DNA of 40,201 nucleotides from a virus (Duplodnaviria; Heunggongvirae; Uroviricota; Caudoviricetes): IMG/VR virus record IMGVR_UViG_2744054909_000002, positions 1 to 40,201 of that record; one strand, 5' to 3'. Shown piece by piece: positions 33,978 to 40,201 of this stretch (position 1 is its first letter; each line of letters starts with the position of its first letter). The notes under the pieces were generated by a model. It saw only the letters and a program-made list of their open reading frames with translations, ran no database searches and was not told where the DNA came from. The position numbers and the translations under genes were made by a program.

Positions 33978-36900
33978 ATGGAATTCTTTAATGTGGTTAA
34001 AGCCACTCAGAAATCCGGAAAGCAAGATGCAGTGGTCTGGTTCACTGCTAAAACCGAGGCTCGCGCCAATCTGATGCTGGATGTTGCGCTGGAAGATGCA
34101 GGTATCGAAACAGGTCGGGGTAAGGACTACGCCAAACCGATTCGCACTGATTTCCCAGTTGTCGACGGCCTGCCGAAAGAAGGCGAAGTTGATTTTACCT
34201 GGTGTGATCGCTACGAGCTTCAGGACGATGGGCGCACCTGGCTGCCAAAAGCCGCTGGTGTGTCTACTGGTTCCGTTGACGCCCCCTACACACCTACTCC
34301 GACCGTAATCGTTGAAGATGCGACTGCGTCCGAAATTGTCCCGGTTGAAAACCGTACTCCAGCGGTCCGCTTTGCCGTCCATCTGATGAACGATAAATAC
34401 CAAACCCACGTCACTAAAGAGCAGCAGTTGGCTGCCAGCGAAATGTCACTGGATGAAGGCAATACATATCTCCATAGCCTGCTTGTGGCAAGGAACGATG
34501 TGCCCGCGACCGCCAAACTCAGCCTGAATGCTGAGTGGAAAATGATTCGGGCGGTTAAGGACATTTTCACACCAGACGAAGAGCACGAACCAAGATTGAT
34601 CGCTGCATTCATGTCTGACTGGGTGAACACCGATGCCGGTGACCGCAATCAACTGGTAGAAGACTGGCGCAGTGGTAAGTTGCAGTTGCTCAAAACCGAA
34701 ACCAGCAACGCTGCTGACGTTACAACTGGTCAAGATCTCACTGTTGAGGACGGTATCCAGACCGACGAGAACGGCCGGGCAGAAGGTGGCGTCGTTGATG
34801 GTGAAGTCGATACCGAAGAGCAATCCCAGCAGACACAGCAACCGAACCTGATCGTTGTTGCCACCCTGCCATTCCGCCAGCGCGTACTGGCTCAGTTCAT
34901 CGGTGATGGTGAATATCTCTATCACATCGACGCAGGGCAGAAAAATGAGATTGTCCGCCTTGAGATGGACACCGATGACGCGTACGTCCAGAACCTGCTG
35001 CTGGCAGCTGAGAATGTGGAAGCATTCAAAAAAGCCATTGAGCACGATATTCATAAAGTCGTGAATGCCGTTAAGAAAGTCTTCCCTGTCGATGGAAAAA
35101 TCCCTGAACTCGCAACCTTAATCCAGTTTTTGAAATTGTGGTTCGCTACAGATCACATCGACCGCGGTATCCTCGTTCGCGAATGGGCCGCCGGTAATCG
35201 CATCAGTAGTGTGCAGCGTACTGATTCCGGAACCAATGCCAACGGCGGTTACGTCACTGACCGTGGACCTGATACATACCATACCCTTGACACTCTCGAT
35301 TTAGAGATTGCATGTGCCCTTCTGCCTATGGACTTCAACCACTTCGAGATCCCGGGCAGCATTCTTCGTCGCGCTAAAGAAATCGTGACCAAAAAAGAAG
35401 AACCATGGAAATCATGGAGCAACATCCTGCGCAATCAGCCAGGCGTTCTGGGTGTTAACCGCACGGCTATTTTTAACCTGGTACGTATCGCACCGGAAAA
35501 TATTCATTTAACTCCTGTCGCTCACCTGGAATTTGTTAACCAGACCATGACAGCCGCGTTCAATTCCGCGGTCGAGTTATTGCCGTTGCATGAGGCTGAA
35601 CCCGCAGCACAGGAAATTCCCCAACCTGAAGGTAAGGAGTCTCCGCGCAAATCCTTCTGCACTCACGAAGAGAACCTGCAACGCGTACGTGAAGAAGAAG
35701 CACGCCGCCGCGCAGAGGAAGCGACAGCACAACCACATAAAGCCGAACAAGAACTGGTTAAAAATGTCGGCAACGGAATATTCGATGTTACGGCTTTACT
35801 GCAGAACTCAGCAACTCATGGCACGAAACAGGCTACGGAAACCACCAGCAATGTGCAGGTTCAAGAAACTGTCAGTGATGAAAAAAATGTTGGTGATGAA
35901 GTACAGCCAGGCGAAAGCAGTCTGGAGTCTGGTGAAGAGTCAGATACCAGCCAGAAGGACGATGTAAACCAGAATACGGATTCTGTCGCCAAAAATAGCG
36001 ATTCTGTAAGCCAAACCGAACCAGTTGCAGCACAAACCGAGCCAGAAGCGCAATCTGACGAACCAGCTGTTGTTTATCCCGCTTATTTCGAGCCAGGCCG
36101 CTATGAAGGGCTGCCAAACGAGGTTTACCACGCCGCCAACGGCATCAGCTCAACCCAGGTGAAAGATGCGCGCGTTTCGCTGATGTACTTCAATGCGCGC
36201 CACGTAGAGAAAACCATCGTCAAAGAGCGCTCAGCGGTGCTGGACATGGGCAACTTGGTGCATGCGCTGGCGTTGCAGCCTGAACTACTGGACGCAGAAT
36301 TCAGCGTTGAACCGGTGATCCCTGAAGGCGCATTCACAACGGCCGCGACCCTGCGCGCCTTTATCGATGAGCACAATGCCAGCCTGCCGGCGCTGCTGTC
36401 TGCCGACGACATCAAGGTGTTACTGGAAGAGTACAACGCCACCCTGCCGCCGCAGGTTCCGCTTGGCGCTAACCTGGAAGAAACGGCACAGAACTATATG
36501 GCGCTGCCAGCTGACTTCCAGCGTATTGATGGTGACCAGAAGCAGACGGCGACGGCAATGAAGGCATGCATTAAAGAGTACAACGCCACCCTGCCGCCGC
36601 TGGTTTTAACCGGCGGCAGCCGTGACGCGCTGCTGGAGCAGTTGGCAATCATCAACCCTGACCTTGTGGCTCAGGAAGCACAGAAACCGGCACCACTGAA
36701 AGTGTCCGGTACCAAAGCAGACATGATCCAGGCCGTGAAGGCAGTCAAACCAGATGCCGTATTTGCCGACGAACTGCTGGATGCCTGGCGCGATAACCCG
36801 GAAGGAAAAGTGCTGGTCACCCGCCAGCAGCTGAGCACCGCGCTGAATATTCAAAAAGCGCTTCTGGCACACCCGACCGCCGGCATGCTGCTGACCCACC

Positions 36901-37367
36901 CTAGCCGAGCCGTTGAGGTGAGCTACTTTGGTTTTGACGAGGAGACGGGCTTGGAAGTTCGTGTGCGCCCTGACCTTGAGATCGACCTGGATGGCGTGCG
37001 TATAGGTGCAGACCTGAAAACCATCAGCATGTGGAATGTTAAGCAGGAAAGCCTGCGCGCCAGGCTACACCGGGAAATTATTGAACGTGATTATCACCTG
37101 AGCGCGGCTATGTACTGCGAAACCGCAGCGCTGGATCAGTTCTTCTGGATTTTCGTCAACAAAGACGAGAACTACCACTGGATCGCCATCATCGAGGCAT
37201 CCGCTGAACTACTGGAGCTGGGTATGCTCGAGTACCGCAAAGCGATGCGCAATATCGCAACCGGATTCGACACAGGTGAATGGCCAGCGCCAATCACTGC
37301 TGACTACACCGACGAACTGAACGACTTCGACCTGCGCCGCCTTGAAGCGCTGCGTACTCAGGCATAA
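33978..37367 (+). CDS. recE: RecE-like exonuclease VIII (1129 aa)
   Basis: N-terminal DFPVVDGLPKEGEVDFTWCDRYEL matches E. coli RecE [24 protein letters not shown] as recalled; C-terminal nuclease-like region; followed by annealing protein gene. Confidence 0.8.
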   Translation: MEFFNVVKATQKSGKQDAVVWFTAKTEARANLMLDVALEDAGIETGRGKDYAKPIRTDFPVVDGLPKEGEVDFTWCDRYELQDDGRTWLPKAAGVSTGSVDAPYTPTPTVIVEDATASEIVPVENRTPAVRFAVHLMNDKYQTHVTKEQQLAASEMSLDEGNTYLHSLLVARNDVPATAKLSLNAEWKMIRAVKDIFTPDEEHEPRLIAAFMSDWVNTDAGDRNQLVEDWRSGKLQLLKTETSNAADVTTGQDLTVEDGIQTDENGRAEGGVVDGEVDTEEQSQQTQQPNLIVVATLPFRQRVLAQFIGDGEYLYHIDAGQKNEIVRLEMDTDDAYVQNLLLAAENVEAFKKAIEHDIHKVVNAVKKVFPVDGKIPELATLIQFLKLWFATDHIDRGILVREWAAGNRISSVQRTDSGTNANGGYVTDRGPDTYHTLDTLDLEIACALLPMDFNHFEIPGSILRRAKEIVTKKEEPWKSWSNILRNQPGVLGVNRTAIFNLVRIAPENIHLTPVAHLEFVNQTMTAAFNSAVELLPLHEAEPAAQEIPQPEGKESPRKSFCTHEENLQRVREEEARRRAEEATAQPHKAEQELVKNVGNGIFDVTALLQNSATHGTKQATETTSNVQVQETVSDEKNVGDEVQPGESSLESGEESDTSQKDDVNQNTDSVAKNSDSVSQTEPVAAQTEPEAQSDEPAVVYPAYFEPGRYEGLPNEVYHAANGISSTQVKDARVSLMYFNARHVEKTIVKERSAVLDMGNLVHALALQPELLDAEFSVEPVIPEGAFTTAATLRAFIDEHNASLPALLSADDIKVLLEEYNATLPPQVPLGANLEETAQNYMALPADFQRIDGDQKQTATAMKACIKEYNATLPPLVLTGGSRDALLEQLAIINPDLVAQEAQKPAPLKVSGTKADMIQAVKAVKPDAVFADELLDAWRDNPEGKVLVTRQQLSTALNIQKALLAHPTAGMLLTHPSRAVEVSYFGFDEETGLEVRVRPDLEIDLDGVRIGADLKTISMWNVKQESLRARLHREIIERDYHLSAAMYCETAALDQFFWIFVNKDENYHWIAIIEASAELLELGMLEYRKAMRNIATGFDTGEWPAPITADYTDELNDFDLRRLEALRTQA

Positions 37368-37372
37368 GGGGA

Positions 37373-38491
37373 ATGATGATGGAAAACACGAATATCGTAA
37401 CCGCTGAACAGCAGACTCCAAACACGATCTCAGCCAGCAATGCCATTTTCAACGTGCAGGCTTTAACCCAGCTTCAGTCTGTCGCCGGGTTGATGGCACA
37501 GGCAGCCGTAACGGTGCCTGAGCACCTCCGCGGCAATCCGGCAGACTGCATGGCCATCATCATGCAGGCGATGCAGTGGGGTATGAACCCTTACGCCGTG
37601 GCGCAAAAGACGCACCTGGTTAACGGTGTCCTGGGATACGAAGCGCAACTGGTTAATGCGGTGATCTCCAGCTCAAACGCCATCGTTGGCCGCTTTCACT
37701 ATGAGTACGAGGGCGACTGGTCGAAATGTGCCAGCAGCCGCGAGATAACCGTTAAAAAGCCTGCGAAAGGTGGCGGGACGTACGACAAGAAAGAAATGGT
37801 ACGCGGTTGGGAAAGTGCTGATGAACAAGGACTGTCGGTACGGGTAGGTGCCGTTATTCGCGGTGAAAGTGATATCACCTGGGGAGAGCCTGTTTTCCTC
37901 TCCAGCGTAATCACACGTAATTCTCCACTTTGGGTATCAAACCCGAAACAGCAGATCGCTTATCTGGCACTCAAATACTGGGCGCGCCTGTATTGCCCTG
38001 CAGTTGTTCTTGGTGTGTACACCCCTGATGAGATTGAACAGCGCACAGAAAAAGAGATCAACCCAACGCCGCAACGCGTTAGCCTGGCTGATATCTCAGG
38101 TGACACCGTCACAACCACGCAAAGCGCACAGGAATCGTCGGTAAATGTCGACTCTCTTGCCGATGATTTCCGCGAACGCATCGAATCTGCTCAGGACGTG
38201 GATAGCGCCAAATCGCTGCGTGCCGACATTGAAACGGCGAAAGCTACGCTGGGATCCGCACTATTCACCGAGCTGAAAAACAAAGCCGTAAAGCGTTATT
38301 ACCTAGTGGATGCACGCAACAAGGTTGAGGAGGCTATTAAATCCCTGCCCCAGCCCGACGAGCCGCATGCAGCCGAACGGTTCGCTGAAGCCGAGCGCAT
38401 GCTTGCATCTTCAAAGCGTCACTTAGGCGATGAACTGCACGATCAATTCAGCATCACCCTGGCGGATATGAAACCGGAATACGTGGCCTGA
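37373..38491 (+). CDS. RecT/Red-beta-family single-strand annealing protein
   Basis: Motif ADCMAIIMQAMQWGMNPYAV resembles the Bet/RecT core as recalled; immediately downstream of recE-like gene. Confidence 0.65.
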   Translation: MMMENTNIVTAEQQTPNTISASNAIFNVQALTQLQSVAGLMAQAAVTVPEHLRGNPADCMAIIMQAMQWGMNPYAVAQKTHLVNGVLGYEAQLVNAVISSSNAIVGRFHYEYEGDWSKCASSREITVKKPAKGGGTYDKKEMVRGWESADEQGLSVRVGAVIRGESDITWGEPVFLSSVITRNSPLWVSNPKQQIAYLALKYWARLYCPAVVLGVYTPDEIEQRTEKEINPTPQRVSLADISGDTVTTTQSAQESSVNVDSLADDFRERIESAQDVDSAKSLRADIETAKATLGSALFTELKNKAVKRYYLVDARNKVEEAIKSLPQPDEPHAAERFAEAERMLASSKRHLGDELHDQFSITLADMKPEYVA

Positions 38492-38529
38492 CGAGACCGG
38501 GAGGGGTAACCCTCCCTCAAGGAGATTAT

Positions 38530-38772
38530 ATGCGACTGATCAATCGAGGAAGTAAGCAATCACCTTTAGCTCGCCAAGCATGCGACATCGCGCTGGCAGC
38601 TCACTTGCAAACATATGGCGACTATGGGCGAAGCAAGATGAAAGAGACTTATACGGTGAAGGTTGAAGGCGTGAAAGTCTGGGTGGAGGTGGTGAACCGA
38701 AAGGCGAGCTACGTGGCCACAGCGATGACCGGCATGCGCCGTCTCCGCTCCCTGCCCGGGCAGGTTGGTTGA
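38530..38772 (+). CDS. Hypothetical small protein (80 aa)
   Basis: GGAG SD 5 nt before ATG. Confidence 0.4.
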   Translation: MRLINRGSKQSPLARQACDIALAAHLQTYGDYGRSKMKETYTVKVEGVKVWVEVVNRKASYVATAMTGMRRLRSLPGQVG

Positions 38773-38813
38773 AAAAGATTTTGAATGGCCCGAACGGGCA
38801 ACTGGAGAGAGCT

Positions 38814-39011
38814 ATGGATGATATTTTGGTAACGTCAGACCTGACCAGTCGCTACAAAATTTCACGCAAAACCCTTTGGTCATGGCAAAGTGCAGACACA
38901 ATGCCTCGGGGCTTCGTATGCCCGTTCCCACCCCCTGACTGGCCCGGCAACCCTAACCGCTGGCGCTCTGAGTCAATCAAAGAGTGGGAGGATAAAAAGA
39001 AGATAAATTAA
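38814..39011 (+). CDS. AlpA-family excisionase / DNA-binding protein
   Basis: 65 aa with [15 protein letters not shown] pattern; GGAG SD; convergent with and overlapping integrase stop. Confidence 0.55.
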   Translation: MDDILVTSDLTSRYKISRKTLWSWQSADTMPRGFVCPFPPPDWPGNPNRWRSESIKEWEDKKKIN

Positions 39012-40201
39012 CTGAAGGGCTCTCCGATGATCTCTTCAAGATGGCTCTGCCAAACGCGGAGCCAGTGTTTCTGATCATCGATATAGTCATGAAGGTTGTA
39101 ATGCGCCATAACCCCCACCATCTGATGCCCGAGCAGCTTTTCAATTACGTGCGGCGGGCAACCTAACTCAGAGAGATTTGTGGCTATCGTCCGCCTCATA
39201 TCATGAAGCGACCACTCTGCCATACCTGTTCCATTCCAAATAGAACGGGCGTAATTGGATGCCACAGGTGAATGAACGGGCGAATCTTTGATCCCGCCAT
39301 CAATTTTACGTTGTGAAGTCACCAGGTGATTGGTGTTTATTTTCTTGAGGTGATTTCTGACCAAGTTAACGGCGGCGTCTGAGAGTCCCCTTCTAATATG
39401 TACCCGAGTTTTATAACTGCCCGCAGGCACGACCCACTCATTATCATCCAATCGAAACCATGATCTCTCACTAAGTCGAATCTCAGCCGTACGGCATCCG
39501 GTAAGCATAATAAATTTCACCAGGAAAACGGACTCTATCGACATATGGCTTTTCAACCACTGATAGATTTTGCGCAGATCGTCATCGTCCATCCTGCGAG
39601 TTCTCTTTTTAGGCTTTTGCCCGACATCAGATGGCTGTAATCCCTCGAGTGGGTTTGAGGCGATCACACTTCTGTTAACGCAGAACCTAAACGCCCGTTT
39701 GCACAGCGAAAGCATGTAATGAGCCATCACCCTGCTTTCTATAGAATCGAAGACGTTGATCCAGTGCATTTTCGCTGTGTTATCGACTTTGACATTCTTC
39801 ATCGGTTCGGCGATATGTTTCTCAAACACCTGGCGATAGTAATCGACTTTAACTAGCCCGTTAGCGATACAGTGCCTTTCAATCCAGTAATTGAACGCTT
39901 CGGCAACGGACATCGCTTCCTGTCGGGTCTGCTTATCCAGCTTCACCTGCTCTCGCGGATCCAGACCCTCAGTTAACCAGTTTCTGAATTGTTGGCGACG
40001 CTCTCTTGCCTGGGTGATACTCATTGCAGGATAATCACCAACATTGAGTTTTACCGCTTTACCGGCCCAGCGATACCGATAGAAAAATGATATTTTTCCG
40101 GCCTGGCTGATTCTGGCGTTGAGCCCGTGCGAATCAGAAATAATCTCGATATCATCTCTTTTCTTGCCGAGCGCCTTCCTGAGCTTTGTGTCGGTGATCA
40201 T
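39008..40201 (-). CDS. int: Tyrosine integrase (P4-like phage integrase family)
   Basis: C-terminal catalytic pattern [20 protein letters not shown]; ATG at 40201..40199 at window edge; adjacent excisionase. Confidence 0.9.
   Translation of the reverse strand: MITDTKLRKALGKKRDDIEIISDSHGLNARISQAGKISFFYRYRWAGKAVKLNVGDYPAMSITQARERRQQFRNWLTEGLDPREQVKLDKQTRQEAMSVAEAFNYWIERHCIANGLVKVDYYRQVFEKHIAEPMKNVKVDNTAKMHWINVFDSIESRVMAHYMLSLCKRAFRFCVNRSVIASNPLEGLQPSDVGQKPKKRTRRMDDDDLRKIYQWLKSHMSIESVFLVKFIMLTGCRTAEIRLSERSWFRLDDNEWVVPAGSYKTRVHIRRGLSDAAVNLVRNHLKKINTNHLVTSQRKIDGGIKDSPVHSPVASNYARSIWNGTGMAEWSLHDMRRTIATNLSELGCPPHVIEKLLGHQMVGVMAHYNLHDYIDDQKHWLRVWQSHLEEIIGEPFS

Larger units (their letters stand above)
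1..40201. mobile_element. Prophage interior: lambdoid/Rac-like early region joined to Mu/P2-like contractile tail module; both att ends outside the window
   Basis: Contiguous integrase, excisionase, RecE/RecT, repressor/cro, O/P, Q-like, lysis, terminase, portal, capsid, sheath/tube, tape measure, baseplate, tail fibre and invertase genes in canonical phage order. Confidence 0.93.

Noticed and set aside
39008-40201. tRNA gene or attachment site expected next to the integrase
   Set aside because: No tRNA-like cloverleaf or att core is identifiable inside the window; the integrase start sits at the window edge, so the att site is probably just outside.

Overview
The whole 40.2-kb window lies inside one integrated temperate phage (prophage); neither attachment site is in view. 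It is a mosaic: a lambdoid/Rac-like regulatory, replication and recombination module joined to a Mu/P2-like contractile-tail structural module. Left to right: a Gin/Hin-family DNA invertase with an invertible tail-fibre segment (crossover sites read directly at 609-634 and 2415-2440); baseplate, tape measure, tube and sheath genes; head-tail joining genes; capsid, scaffold/protease, portal and terminase; a pinholin / SAR-endolysin / Rz-Rz1 lysis cassette; a Q-like late regulator; a nin-like region (NinG-like, DinI-like); replication genes P and O with ori iterons inside O; YdaT-like and Cro-like genes; a divergent repressor; then a rightward operon with RecE and a RecT/Red-beta-family protein, an AlpA-type excisionase and a tyrosine integrase. 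Several AT-rich accessory insertions (morons) interrupt this backbone. The best candidate for an undescribed system is a tightly coupled three-gene cassette (31710-32837) directly downstream of the repressor, in the slot lambda uses for rexAB: one zinc-ribbon protein plus two small membrane proteins, closed by a strong terminator. Other candidates are a self-contained promoter-ORF-terminator unit in the nin region flanked by 50-bp direct repeats next to a methyltransferase gene remnant, an accessory gene between the lysis cassette and terminase, an antisense zinc-ribbon gene between the Q-like gene and the holin, and a membrane-anchored gene embedded on the opposite strand in the baseplate cluster. 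All family assignments are from motif recall and gene order only; no database search was run.
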